The translations under genes were made by a program, and so were the position numbers. The notes beneath the pieces were generated by a model, which did no database searches, was not told the DNA's origin, and worked only from the letters and a program-made list of their open reading frames with translations. Below are positions 18,540 to 28,322 of a stretch of DNA of 64,000 nt, one piece after another. Position 1 is the stretch's first letter. Every line of letters begins with the position of its first letter. This DNA comes from Armatimonas sp. (GTDB taxonomy: Bacteria > Armatimonadota > Armatimonadia > Armatimonadales > Armatimonadaceae): NCBI GenBank assembly GCA_049840835.1, contig JASGJG010000001.1:199282-263281 (forward strand). The letters are read 5' to 3'.

Positions 18540-21500
18540 TGAGCTATCTCCATTCCGTCGATGACTTCTCCGGCAAGGGCGCGCTTAACTAGTTGGCTCA
18601 GCGCCCACTCGGCATCTTTCGGCGAAGTCTTCTGCCGGGCAAGTACGAGCAGGGCGGCAGTGTCCATGGTCGGGCGAGCTTCTTGCCGCGCTTTGATTTT
18701 CTCCTTAGCTCGGCGTGCTCGGCGTCGGGTTTTGAGTACAGCAGCATCGAAGGCAGGCGCATCGATTTCCGCACCGGTCTCCGCCACGAAGTCCTGCATC
18801 TCGGGGTCGTCGTGCTCCAGCAGGGAGGTCAGTATCTGTTCGGCGGGCAGAGTTGCCTGTCGCGCTGTCACAAACTCCCGGCCCCGGGCACGTACGGAGC
18901 GGGCCGGACTGTCGCAGAGCGCCAGCGCCGCGCCATACTCGTCCAGACCACCAGGGGGCAGGTTATCGAAGTAGCCCGCGCCGAGCTTGATCGCATCCGG
19001 TACTTCGGACTCTAATAAGTGCAGCGCGAACGGCATAGTGAGTGGGCGCTTAGCGACCTCGGCAACTCCGATAGCACGAATTTCGCTGAGGGAATGCGTA
19101 GCCGCGAGAAGGCGCAGGCTATCGCTCTCACCAATCATCTCCTGGTGCCGCTCAGCCCAGCGACCCAGGAGCGGACCGAAGGCGACGGCTCGGATACCCA
19201 GCAGCACCTCGCCGTCTGTCAGACCGAGTAGTGTGTTTGCGAACTCGTCGTCATTCAACAAGCGGGCTTCCAGGACTTCGCCGCCCGCTTCTGGTAAGGC
19301 GCGTTCTACGGCTTCCCAGAAAGGTAGCAGGCGAATACCTTCCACCAGGTTCTGCAAAAGCCCGCGGCGCAAGCGCCCCCAGCTTGCATCGCTGGCTGCC
19401 GCACTCAATCGGAGCACTACATCAAGTGACAAGGTCTGGCTCAGGCTCTTGAACGTTTTGGCATCTAAAGCCGCCACTAAGAAGGGGCGCTCCTGCAGTG
19501 CCTGCTGGAATTCCTCATTGGGAATGTACTTCGCCAGTAGTGCCAGTGCGTGTGGCGAGGTCATGGCAGTTTCCAGGGAACTTGTGAGCACATTCGCGCT
19601 TAGAAGCGCGCGCCAGACTATAGGGGCAGCTTCGGCGGCGACTTTATGCACCGCCAGGAAACGCCACCAGGCCGCCCGCGTGAAAGCGCCATTGTTATCG
19701 TTGTTAATCAGCTTCCACTGCCACCACCAGACATTGGAGTTGCCTCCTTTGCGCATTACCTCAGCGAGGACATCCAGGGCCGCTTCACGCGCCTCTACGT
19801 TCTTGACACCTTCCAGATCCGAGAGCCAGTCTTCGACTTCGCCATGCTTGAGGGTTCTAAGGCGGGCCAAGGCCAGTTCTCTAAGAGCGCCGCCGCCATC
19901 CAGCAGCATCACAAGCCAGCCTGATTGCATCTGCGGCCCCGCGACCTCAGGGAAGCGCTCTGCCAGAAGCGCTAGAGCGGCTCGCTCACGGGCAGAGGTC
20001 GGCGTCTCGCTCAGGTGAGAGGCCAGGGCTTTGCAGAACTCGGCGGGGTTCTTGGTGCTGGCTATGCCAGGCTCCAGTTTTGCCCGATTCGCCCGCCCAG
20101 CACGGAACCACACATGGCCCAGAAGTGCGGAAGAGAGCGCTGTGCCATTCTGCACTTTTTGAATCGCTACTCGCACGGCCAGCGCCTGAAGCAAGGCAGA
20201 TGGTGAGGCCAGGTCGGCTATCAGCGCGGCATCTGGCACGGAGGGAAGCTTGCGCTTGGCGACGCGAAGCTGGCGAGCTACCATTTCACGGGCGCCCCAA
20301 CCGGCTTTCGGATCGGTGTAGATGCTCTCGGAAAGCTCCGGGCGAGCATCCCAGGCTTCTGGACAGAGCTCCTCGCGACGACGCAGATTGAGGCTTGGAC
20401 CAGGAGTTAGTGAGACCACACCACGCCCGTGGTGCGCCTGTCGCAGCCGTCCGCCGCCACCGTAAATAACCTCTGCCAGCGCCCAGTTGTGATTCAGGTC
20501 GAACCCATCCGAGGCTTTCAGCGTGGCATGAGCCAGCTCCACATAGGCGGTGCGACCAGTCTTGGCCAGAGTTTTCAGCAAGCGCCGGGTGCGGCGCTTC
20601 ATGTAGCCAATCGTTGGACCGCTGGGAGCGGCGCCCAACTGAACCGGGCGTGCTTCCTGAGAAGCGAGAGGCTGTTGCCACACGCGCCCTCCCTGCCAGT
20701 TACCGGTACAGACAATCAAGCCGTTGCCGGTACAGACCGCTCCCTCAGGACCGATACGCCAGCGCTCTATCTTGGGTACGCCTTTGTCATCCACGAAGAC
20801 ACATCGGCTGTTATAGGAAGTCGCGAAGATAGCACGTCGTCCCAGGGTGATTGCTTTGACCTCACCACTGATATAGTCCAGGGTGCACTTGCCAGTCTCT
20901 GTCAGAGTGTCACCGCTATAGGAATAGACATGGCAGGTACGCTCCCACCGGTTGGATTCCGGCAACACAGCAATAAAGCCATCACCTCCAATAGCAGCCT
21001 CGGGCTTGATAGTAATAGTGTTGCTCTGTTTGGGCCGGGCCGGATCGGAAAGATCGATAAACGAGATTCCCTCAGCGCGGGGAAGGCCCTTTAGGGAGAG
21101 ACCACGACCACTCTGGTGAACAATAACTCCACCTACGGCGCTCCATAAATTCGCGCCACTATCCAGGCTCAGCGCAGACTGGCGGGTCAGTACGCCACCC
21201 TCTGAGAGGGTATAGACCAGCAACTCTGGGCTTTTGCCACCTGTAAGAACGCAGAGAAGCGAACCGCTTCGTACAACCGCTTTTAGCTCCGGCGCGTCTA
21301 CTTTCTCTGCAGCAACTCGCGTTACATCTTTGCCAGAGACTTTCCAGGTTATGAGCCAGGTACCGGTTTTATCTGACTGCCCGGCAATACAGTAAGAACC
21401 CAGAGGGACAATCTGCTTGACTTCCGCCCCTATATCTTTTGAGGCTAAGCGCTCTGTTTTCAGGCGCTCCGCATCTAGCTGATAGACCTGAAGGTTTCGG

Positions 21501-21787
21501 TCTCGCCAGCCATCGCCTCCCAGGCCCCAGAGAAGCCGACCATCTGCGGTTTCGAGAATGGGCAGGTAGCGTGCGTTCTTGAACTTCAGCGCTTCTGGGG
21601 TGGCATAGGGATCGGCCTGCGCGGCATCTAGGCGGGCAATGAGCGCTCCTAGGCGGGAAATATCTTCGCTAGGGTTTGCTTCTAATTGCTTGTAGAGAGA
21701 TTTCAGAGTCCGCCAGCTTCCATATTTCAGCGGAAGGGTGCGGATAGCATCGGGAGTAGGAAGGGCGTCGTTGGGCATAGCTCTCAC
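18536..21787 (-). CDS. 1083-aa repeat protein: N-terminal beta-propeller-like region, C-terminal alpha-helical (ARM/HEAT-like) repeats; first gene of RT operon (GTG start at 21787 or ATG at 21778)
   Basis: Long ORF with G/W-rich beta-strand repeats in first ~450 aa and Leu/Ala-rich helical repeats afterwards; no enzymatic motif found. Confidence 0.6.
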   Translation of the reverse strand: MRAMPNDALPTPDAIRTLPLKYGSWRTLKSLYKQLEANPSEDISRLGALIARLDAAQADPYATPEALKFKNARYLPILETADGRLLWGLGGDGWRDRNLQVYQLDAERLKTERLASKDIGAEVKQIVPLGSYCIAGQSDKTGTWLITWKVSGKDVTRVAAEKVDAPELKAVVRSGSLLCVLTGGKSPELLVYTLSEGGVLTRQSALSLDSGANLWSAVGGVIVHQSGRGLSLKGLPRAEGISFIDLSDPARPKQSNTITIKPEAAIGGDGFIAVLPESNRWERTCHVYSYSGDTLTETGKCTLDYISGEVKAITLGRRAIFATSYNSRCVFVDDKGVPKIERWRIGPEGAVCTGNGLIVCTGNWQGGRVWQQPLASQEARPVQLGAAPSGPTIGYMKRRTRRLLKTLAKTGRTAYVELAHATLKASDGFDLNHNWALAEVIYGGGGRLRQAHHGRGVVSLTPGPSLNLRRREELCPEAWDARPELSESIYTDPKAGWGAREMVARQLRVAKRKLPSVPDAALIADLASPSALLQALAVRVAIQKVQNGTALSSALLGHVWFRAGRANRAKLEPGIASTKNPAEFCKALASHLSETPTSARERAALALLAERFPEVAGPQMQSGWLVMLLDGGGALRELALARLRTLKHGEVEDWLSDLEGVKNVEAREAALDVLAEVMRKGGNSNVWWWQWKLINNDNNGAFTRAAWWRFLAVHKVAAEAAPIVWRALLSANVLTSSLETAMTSPHALALLAKYIPNEEFQQALQERPFLVAALDAKTFKSLSQTLSLDVVLRLSAAASDASWGRLRRGLLQNLVEGIRLLPFWEAVERALPEAGGEVLEARLLNDDEFANTLLGLTDGEVLLGIRAVAFGPLLGRWAERHQEMIGESDSLRLLAATHSLSEIRAIGVAEVAKRPLTMPFALHLLESEVPDAIKLGAGYFDNLPPGGLDEYGAALALCDSPARSVRARGREFVTARQATLPAEQILTSLLEHDDPEMQDFVAETGAEIDAPAFDAAVLKTRRRARRAKEKIKARQEARPTMDTAALLVLARQKTSPKDAEWALSQLVKRALAGEVIDGMEIAQ

Positions 21788-21827
21788 CGAACTGGGGAAG
21801 TACCTTCAGAGGGTAGCTATTTTTGTC

Positions 21828-22060
21828 GCTACTATCTCCCCGAGGACCGGTGACGGCCACTGTAGGAGCCGGACGGACAAGTAGTGTACCGTCGGTGGTG
21901 GACGTGTCGGATCAGCGCTATCGACGGTACACTACTTGTCCGTCCGGCTCTGAGTCGAGACGACATCCGGTGGCGTGAAATCAGCTTCACGGCAACCGCT
22001 GCGAAACACAGCGTGTGGGTGGCAGCAAGCTGCCTCCCGTGCTAACGATGTATCCACCCT
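21828..22060. ncRNA. structured repeat unit A (candidate ncRNA, possibly retron ncRNA on minus strand) immediately upstream of the 1083-aa gene
   Basis: Second copy 348 bp away (unit B); 29-bp perfect stem 21866..21894 / 21922..21950 enclosing conserved loop ggtggacgtgtcggatcagcgc; further small conserved hairpins; stem sequences differ from unit B by fully compensatory changes. Confidence 0.5.
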
Positions 22061-22175
22061 CTGAAGTTTTCCCGAAGGGGATTGTCTCCCCGTCGAGTTT
22101 CCCACTCGGATTTCTTCGGGGAATCCGGAAAGTCCTTGTTGGAAATCGCACAAGAAATTCCAAAGGCAGTATTTC

Positions 22176-22402
22176 GCTACTATCTCCCCAGGGACCGGCG
22201 GTGGCCACTGTAGGAGCCGCGGGGTTCAATCGCGGCCCTGGATGGGTGGACGTGTCGAATCAGCGCCTGTCCAGGGCCGCGATTGAACCCCGCGGCTCTG
22301 AGTCGAGACAGCGTCCGGTGGTGTGAAGTCAGCTTCACGGCGACTGCTGCGAAACACAGCAGGGAGAAGGTGGCAAGCCACCTTCCAGTGCTAACGATAC
22401 TC
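22176..22402. ncRNA. structured repeat unit B (tandem copy of unit A with covarying stems)
   Basis: Same flanks gctactatctcccc..ggccactgtaggagcc and ggctctgagtcgagac..gtgaag.cagcttcac..gctgcgaaacacagc; long stem 22214..22241 / 22271..22298 has different sequence but same structure; small stem ggtggcaagccacc vs ggcagcaagctgcc also covaries. Confidence 0.5.
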
Positions 22403-22451
22403 CTGCCTTTGGAATTACATGCTTCTTCGGGTGAAAGACCGGGAATTCCTG

Positions 22452-23684
22452 CTAAAATGTATTTATTCTTGCAACTACATCCCCATCTTGAGTAGCCTCA
22501 TAGACATGGGAGTTGTTATTCTTAGCGGGAATCGGGCTTCCGCCGTTATCTTTCCCGTCTGGCCCCACGCTCCAGAGCCGATAACCATCCGACTTCTTTT
22601 CGTAGTGCAGTGGCTGGTTCTGGTTAAAGGGGTCTGCCGGGGCATCGAAACTTGCCGGAATGCTCTGCGCCTTGATCTTTAGGCAACCACGAAGCAGAGC
22701 AGAGTCTGTGAGGTTGCGGGTGGTATTGAAGTAGGCCTGCTCGAACACCGGAGCCAGAATCTGATTGATAGTATCTCCGGGAGGCTGCGGCATTACGCCG
22801 CGTGTATAAGGGCGGCTCCAGTAGTCTTCTAGAGTGTCGTAGTACTGACCGCTTGCTTTCCAGGCTTTCCCCTTATCGGTGAGCGCCAGAGCTAGCATCA
22901 GTTTGCCCTGCTCAGCCCCGTTTTCGGTATTCCCATTGGTAGGGGTAACGAAATCAGCGGGTTTTATCGTACGGTGAGCCAAATCGGAGATAATCTTCTG
23001 CGCATAGGCTCGCTCGACAGTCAGGAATTTCCTAGAGGGATTACGCCGCTTCTCCAGACTTTCCAGGCGAGTCAAAGCCTCACCCGCTTCTTCTGGGGTG
23101 AGCGCGTCTAGCTGATCCCAGAGAGCCTTACGCCCTATAGTCTCACAGGCTGTGCCAACCAGGTATCCAATTATGGGACCATCGCCGCCAACCATGATGC
23201 CCATTTCAATGGCATCCAATGCGCACCGAATCGCCTCTTTACGATTGCCCATCTCAGCATAGGTTGCTGAGGCAAGGGCCAGCTGGCGGGCCAGCTCTCT
23301 GTGTTCCGCATACTGCGGAAAGGTCTGTGCCATCGGGTTATGCCAGTCAATCGGAGTGGCATAGCTCTGGTTCAGTGCCTCGCGAACACGGGTTATAACC
23401 TTCTCATTGGCAGCCAGGTTCTTCTGGCGCTCCGCCAGCGGCATCTTGAGGGTATCCTCGAAACGTGTTTTCGGTTTCTCCCAGGTGTTTACCCGCAGGT
23501 TGTAGGCACTCCGAAGTGTCTCCATGGCGTTCGGCGCGGGAATGCTCTGCGGTGGTGGCACAAAGTCAGGAACAGTATTGAGTTTGCGATCTACCCCTAC
23601 CCAGGCCAGCACCAGCGTGGGGACCAGGATTCCGAAGCTTATCAGGGCGCGTTCTCCGCGCGTGAAGCGTTTCTCTTGGCTCAT
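22452..23684 (-). CDS. membrane-anchored hypothetical protein with pseudopilin-like C-terminus
   Basis: 410 aa; N-terminal TM segment; C-terminal ..GYRLWSVGPDGKDNGG.. resembles type II secretion GspG-like pseudopilin tail. Confidence 0.5.
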   Translation of the reverse strand: MSQEKRFTRGERALISFGILVPTLVLAWVGVDRKLNTVPDFVPPPQSIPAPNAMETLRSAYNLRVNTWEKPKTRFEDTLKMPLAERQKNLAANEKVITRVREALNQSYATPIDWHNPMAQTFPQYAEHRELARQLALASATYAEMGNRKEAIRCALDAIEMGIMVGGDGPIIGYLVGTACETIGRKALWDQLDALTPEEAGEALTRLESLEKRRNPSRKFLTVERAYAQKIISDLAHRTIKPADFVTPTNGNTENGAEQGKLMLALALTDKGKAWKASGQYYDTLEDYWSRPYTRGVMPQPPGDTINQILAPVFEQAYFNTTRNLTDSALLRGCLKIKAQSIPASFDAPADPFNQNQPLHYEKKSDGYRLWSVGPDGKDNGGSPIPAKNNNSHVYEATQDGDVVARINTF

Positions 23685-23715
23685 GCTCCCTCTAACGCGT
23701 AAAACCGGAATCTGG

Positions 23716-24624
23716 TTACGGCAGCATTTTGAGTGTCAGGCAGCGGGTCCAGAAATCATCTAATACTTTGCCGAACCCAGGGCCGCCAGGAAAGCTATGC
23801 CCACCATCGGAGACCCAGTAAGCGGGCTTTGAGCCTGCCCTCTGTAGCGCCAGATAGAGGTCTTTCCCCATACAGCCAGGCACAATGGGGTCATGCGCCC
23901 CGTCACAGATAAGCACTGGTGGTACATCGCGGCGAACATGCCCGATAGGCGACATGAGCCGATAGAGTTCGCGCTGCTTCGGAGTCTCTGCACCGACTCC
24001 GTGGAAGAGCGCCCGCAGGTGTGGGCGGGCATCGTTCGGGTACTTCTGGTCATCCCAGGGGCGGTAGGTTATTGAGCCATCGCCCTGCCGAATCACATCG
24101 TCTGGTCCCTGATCCCAGAAGCGCGGAAAGTCGCTCGGGGGAATCCAGCTAAACGAACCGCTGACTTTTGCGGAAACGCCTTTTAGCTCCGGGATTGGCC
24201 CACCATCGGGGAAGTTTTCAGGGACCATAGCTACCATCAGGCTCAAATGACCGCCCGCTGACTCTCCCTGCACACCAATTCGCTTCGGATCGATATGGAA
24301 CCGGGCCGCGTTCTTTCGCAAGAATCGAATCGCGTTCCGGCAGTCTCGAATGCACTCCGGAAAGCCGCCCCCATTGCCACCGAGCCGATATTGAATCGAA
24401 AAGAAAGCGACTCCGTCCCCATTCGGGCTCTGCCGCCGAGCGATATAGTCCGGCACGCCACCTGCGGGTCCGCCCCCAATAAACCAGCCGCCATGTATAT
24501 CAACCACAGCAGCCGTTGGCGCCTTGGTGCCCTCAGGCAGCCATGCGTTCAGGATAAGTGTCTTTCCGTCGATCTGGCAGTAGGGAACATCGCGCTCGGC
24601 GCGATAGGTGGTGTTCGTGGGCAT
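23716..24624 (-). CDS. alpha/beta-hydrolase fold esterase/lipase
   Basis: GxSxG nucleophile elbow GESAGGHLS, HGGW oxyanion-hole region; start taken at internal Met (MPTNTTY) to avoid overlap with AraC gene. Confidence 0.75.
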   Translation of the reverse strand: MPTNTTYRAERDVPYCQIDGKTLILNAWLPEGTKAPTAAVVDIHGGWFIGGGPAGGVPDYIARRQSPNGDGVAFFSIQYRLGGNGGGFPECIRDCRNAIRFLRKNAARFHIDPKRIGVQGESAGGHLSLMVAMVPENFPDGGPIPELKGVSAKVSGSFSWIPPSDFPRFWDQGPDDVIRQGDGSITYRPWDDQKYPNDARPHLRALFHGVGAETPKQRELYRLMSPIGHVRRDVPPVLICDGAHDPIVPGCMGKDLYLALQRAGSKPAYWVSDGGHSFPGGPGFGKVLDDFWTRCLTLKMLP

Positions 24625-24628
24625 GAAG

Positions 24629-25567
24629 TTATGTCTGGCGGCGCAGCTCGGTAGGAGTCTGACCGCGCTCCTGACGAAGCGTGCGCGTGAGATGGGCGGC
24701 ATCGGCGAACCCAGATGCCTGAGCGATATGGGCTACGGTGTGGTCGGTGGAGAGCAGCAGGCGGCAGGCGTGCTCCAATCGCACATGGCGCAGATAGTCC
24801 CGCGGAGTGCGCCCCATGAGCGCTGAGAACACCTCGGTGAAGCGGTCCGGGGAGAGTCCAACCTCTGTAGCTAAGCGCTCAATACGCATCGGCTCCGCAA
24901 AATCCGTATCCAGGCGCCGCACCGCCTCCGCGATAATGCGCTCATGACCGGGGCGGGCATCTGGCTCGGTAAACAGGCGCCCCGCGTGCCGCCTGGCCAG
25001 CGTGACCAGCAAGCGCAAGAAGTGGGCACGGACCAGAAGAGCGGCTTCCGGGGTACCCAGATCCCACTCCCTGCGTAGCTCCTCAATGATGCTCTCTATC
25101 TCGGTCAAGGCCCCAGGGGTCAGGCGCAGCCAGCGCCCTACGGGGCCATCTTCCGCCATGAGTGCCGAGAAGCCAGGGGTTGCCGCGAGAACCGTATTGG
25201 TGTTCTCATCGAACAAAGAAAGCTGGAAGTGGATGGCATCTAACAGCAGGCTGTCGCCGCCTTCGTAGTTATGCGCCATGCCGGGGCGCATCACATAGAC
25301 ATCGCCACGGGCTACCGAGAAGGCACGCCCCTCTACCCGGTGTACACCGCGCCCGCGCCGCACCAGATAGAGTGCCCAGAAGTCAGAGTGCACATTGGTT
25401 CGGCCCTCTATCTGAGTTGCTACATCGGACCAGATAGTGAGCGGTAAATAGTCCGCCCCGGTACCAGCTCGCCCCGCCCGGAGCGTCGCAAAGTCGTGGT
25501 TATGCCGGTGGGGTTCCTGCTTGTGCCGGTTTCGTTCTTTCCCTGGCCTCATAACCGTCGGTACCAT
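24629..25567 (-). CDS. AraC-family transcriptional regulator with N-terminal cupin-type sensor
   Basis: C-terminal HTH ..DYLRHVRLEHACRLLLSTDHTVAHIAQASGFADAAHLTRTLRQERGQTPTELRRQT; ORF track extends to 25675 but likely start is internal Met. Confidence 0.8.
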   Translation of the reverse strand: MVPTVMRPGKERNRHKQEPHRHNHDFATLRAGRAGTGADYLPLTIWSDVATQIEGRTNVHSDFWALYLVRRGRGVHRVEGRAFSVARGDVYVMRPGMAHNYEGGDSLLLDAIHFQLSLFDENTNTVLAATPGFSALMAEDGPVGRWLRLTPGALTEIESIIEELRREWDLGTPEAALLVRAHFLRLLVTLARRHAGRLFTEPDARPGHERIIAEAVRRLDTDFAEPMRIERLATEVGLSPDRFTEVFSALMGRTPRDYLRHVRLEHACRLLLSTDHTVAHIAQASGFADAAHLTRTLRQERGQTPTELRRQT

Positions 25568-25603
25568 GCAGGCTAATTCTACAACCAAAAGCGAGGCTTT
25601 CCA

Positions 25604-26398
25604 TTGAAGGAAATTACCTATAAACAGCAGACATTCTCCCAGGATGCCACCGACGCGATGACCGAGGCGCTCCATGAAGATGGTTTCGCACTCATTCCCG
25701 GCGTTCTAAACGCAGAGGAAGTACAGGCCTACAAAGACGCTATCGACCGCCTTGTGCCTTTCCACTGGGATGGTCAGGGTAAGACCGACCACTACAAGTG
25801 TGTCTTCAACCGCGAGAAAATCTTCCTGGACCTTCTGGATCGCGAACCGGTGATTACGCTGGCCGAGAAGACCATGGGCGAGCAGTGCCATATCATCGGG
25901 CAGAGCGCCTGGCGCTCGCATCCCGGCCATAATGGCTGGTCCCCCCATACCGACCGTGTATTCGTGGAGTACCCCGAGAACATCACCGACCTGGATCCTA
26001 ACTGGCGCATGCCTATCTATCTGTGCACCGCCCACTTCTATCTGAACGATATCGATGAAGATCTCTGCCCCACCTATGTGATTCCTGGCAGCCACAAGTC
26101 CGGCAAGGCCAAGGTCTGGGGTGCGGACAAAGATCCTGAGTACAAGGGCCGCAAGCTGGAGCCCGTGCTCTGCAAAGCGGGCGATGTGCTCTTCTTCCGC
26201 TCCGAGATCTGGCATACCGGCAGCGAGAATAAATCGGATCAGACTCGCTACCTGATTCAGAACCACTACTCGCATCGATTCATAGCACCGCAGTACAGCC
26301 CGTTTCTAGAGTGGCAGTTCGCGCCGCATATTCTCGCAAACGCCACCCCACGCCAGCGCCGCCTGATGGGTGAGCACAATCGCGGAGCCTACGACTAG
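25604..26398 (+). CDS. phytanoyl-CoA dioxygenase (PhyH) family Fe(II)/2-oxoglutarate oxygenase
   Basis: 264 aa; HTD..H metal-binding arrangement (WSPHTDRV .. IWHTGSEN), typical PhyH length and spacing. Confidence 0.75.
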   Translation: MKEITYKQQTFSQDATDAMTEALHEDGFALIPGVLNAEEVQAYKDAIDRLVPFHWDGQGKTDHYKCVFNREKIFLDLLDREPVITLAEKTMGEQCHIIGQSAWRSHPGHNGWSPHTDRVFVEYPENITDLDPNWRMPIYLCTAHFYLNDIDEDLCPTYVIPGSHKSGKAKVWGADKDPEYKGRKLEPVLCKAGDVLFFRSEIWHTGSENKSDQTRYLIQNHYSHRFIAPQYSPFLEWQFAPHILANATPRQRRLMGEHNRGAYD

Positions 26399-26427
26399 TC
26401 AAGAAGGGATACGTCCCTCAGAAAGCG

Positions 26428-26456
26428 AAAGCCCCGGAAAGCCGGGGCTTTTTTCA
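26428..26456 (+). terminator. Rho-independent terminator
   Basis: gccccggaaagccggggc hairpin followed by tttttt. Confidence 0.7.
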
Positions 26457-26460
26457 CACT

Positions 26461-27216
26461 ATGATAGACCTTTCCAATCAGCATGTTTTCATCGCGGGTG
26501 GCTCGCGCGGCATCGGGGCGGCGGCAGCCAAGCTTTTAGGGAGCTGTGGGGCTGCCGTGAGCGTGAACTACCTCTCTAACTCAGCAGCGGCACAGGAGAC
26601 TGTAGACGAGATTCTAGCCGCAGGCGGACGCGCGGCGGCGTTCCAGGGTGATGTTTCCGAGGACGGCGTGGCGAAGCGAGTCGTTGGGGAGGCCGTCGCA
26701 AAACTGGGACCGCTTACCGGGTGCGTGATTTCGGCGGGCATCTTTGAGGGCAAGGCCATTGATGAGATGGACCTGGCGTTCTGGGACCGCACCATGCGTA
26801 TCAATGTCACGGGGACCTTTTTGACCACTCAGGCCTGTGCACCGCACATGAGAACAAGTGGCGGTGGGTCTATTGTTATCTACACATCTACAGCAGGGCA
26901 GCGGGGCAGCGATGTGTTTTCTGCCTATGCCACCAGCAAGGGCGCGCAGATTCTCTTTATGCGCTCCATGGCCCGCGAGTTGGGCAAAGATAAGATTCGG
27001 GTGAACTGTGTGGCCCCTGCCTGGACCGAGACCGATATGGCGGCAGCTAGCCTGGATGCGCTGGGCCGTGAAGAAGTGGCCAAGAACTTTGTGCTGGGGC
27101 GAATCGGGCTGCCAGAAGATGTGGCGGGGTGTACAGCGTTCCTGCTTTCGGAGCTCGCATGCTTCGTAACCGGGGTTACGCTGACCTGTGATGGTGGCAT
27201 GGATATGCGAGGTTAA
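26461..27216 (+). CDS. SDR-family oxidoreductase (3-oxoacyl-ACP reductase-like)
   Basis: 251 aa; GGSRGIGAA Rossmann motif, YxxxK (YATSKGAQ), NxxG. Confidence 0.9.
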   Translation: MIDLSNQHVFIAGGSRGIGAAAAKLLGSCGAAVSVNYLSNSAAAQETVDEILAAGGRAAAFQGDVSEDGVAKRVVGEAVAKLGPLTGCVISAGIFEGKAIDEMDLAFWDRTMRINVTGTFLTTQACAPHMRTSGGGSIVIYTSTAGQRGSDVFSAYATSKGAQILFMRSMARELGKDKIRVNCVAPAWTETDMAAASLDALGREEVAKNFVLGRIGLPEDVAGCTAFLLSELACFVTGVTLTCDGGMDMRG

Positions 27217-27345
27217 CAGGGGGTTAAGGAACCCAATCGGTGGGGGCTTCGTCCTATAGGAGTAAGAAGGCCCCTTCCCTTAACCAGAATTCACGAGGGG
27301 GCTCTAAGGACGGTACCTTACCATCCAACGAAGGAGTTTCCTGAA

Positions 27346-28269
27346 ATGCCTCGCTCTTGCCCGGCTTTCAACCGCTCAGCGGCATTTACCCGCACAGCGG
27401 GCTTTACTTTAATCGAGCTTCTGGTTGTCATCGCGATCATCGCGATCCTTGCGGCGATTCTGTTCCCGGTTTTCGCACAGGCGCGAGAAAAAGCCCGACA
27501 GACAAGCTGCCTCTCCAACACCAAGCAGCTCGCCACCGCGACTCTGATGTACGTGCAGGACTACGATGAAGTCTTCCCACAGGCCGCCTATGTCGGTCTA
27601 CGCCCGGCTGCGGTCACAAACCCGGTCTCGCTGCCCGCTGGCGGGGTGGCCGTGATCACCGTCTATGATCTGCTTCAGCCGTACATCAAAAACGTAGACA
27701 TCTTTAACTGCCCCAGCTACAAGCCCGGCCTGGACTGGTACAGTCGCTTAGGCCCGCTATGGTCGGGCGGTTTCCGCTATGTGGGCTATGTACCGAACTT
27801 CGGTCTGTTCGGCGAAAACCTCTGTGGCGGCGGCGGTCTGCCATTGATTAAGCCCGGCTATACCGCCGCAGTATCGCTGGCGGCGGCAGGTTTCCCCGCG
27901 GAGACGATTATGTTCTTCGATGGTACGCATCGTAATGATACGAATGCGGCCACCAAACTGCAGGCCTTCAACTTCCTGGCAGACGGACGCCACAACGATG
28001 GCTCGAACATCAATTTCTCCGATGGGCACTCCAAGTGGTTCCGCTATGGCACCAACCCTGCGCCTGGACAGCTCACCACGGCTGTTGTCAATGGCCGCCC
28101 GATAGGAACGCCGGTCTATGGCTGGCGTGCAGGAATCACCGCGCCAGTGAAGGGGCAGGCGCTGGAAAACCCGGCAAATACGACCAGTACGGCGACCGAT
28201 CCGTACAACGATTACCATGGAATTCCGGGTGGTCCGAACTTCGATTCTGAGGATGTCGCCTGCCCCTAG
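27346..28269 (+). CDS. prepilin-type N-terminal cleavage/methylation domain protein, DUF1559 family
   Basis: [34 protein letters not shown]-terminus; C-terminal H-x9-G..DG..H motif ([22 protein letters not shown]) characteristic of DUF1559. Confidence 0.8.
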   Translation: MPRSCPAFNRSAAFTRTAGFTLIELLVVIAIIAILAAILFPVFAQAREKARQTSCLSNTKQLATATLMYVQDYDEVFPQAAYVGLRPAAVTNPVSLPAGGVAVITVYDLLQPYIKNVDIFNCPSYKPGLDWYSRLGPLWSGGFRYVGYVPNFGLFGENLCGGGGLPLIKPGYTAAVSLAAAGFPAETIMFFDGTHRNDTNAATKLQAFNFLADGRHNDGSNINFSDGHSKWFRYGTNPAPGQLTTAVVNGRPIGTPVYGWRAGITAPVKGQALENPANTTSTATDPYNDYHGIPGGPNFDSEDVACP

Positions 28270-28293
28270 TGACCCTTGGAAACATTTTGGAAA

Positions 28294-28322
28294 AAGACCT
28301 CGCTTTTGGCGGGGTCTTTTCC
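28294..28322 (+). terminator. probable Rho-independent terminator
   Basis: gacctcgc-ttttg-gcggggtc hairpin then ttttcc. Confidence 0.5.

Noticed and set aside
18987-20018. 343-aa plus-strand ORF (and neighbours 18561..19015, 20429..21094)
   Set aside because: Lies antisense inside the 1083-aa minus-strand gene. Arg/Ser/Ala-rich low-complexity translation typical of spurious ORFs on the opposite strand of high-GC genes.
21828-22402. CRISPR array or integron attC interpretation of the tandem repeats
   Set aside because: Only two copies with ~348-bp periodicity, no short direct repeats or spacers, no cas or intI genes nearby. The covarying long stems fit a structured RNA or msDNA better.
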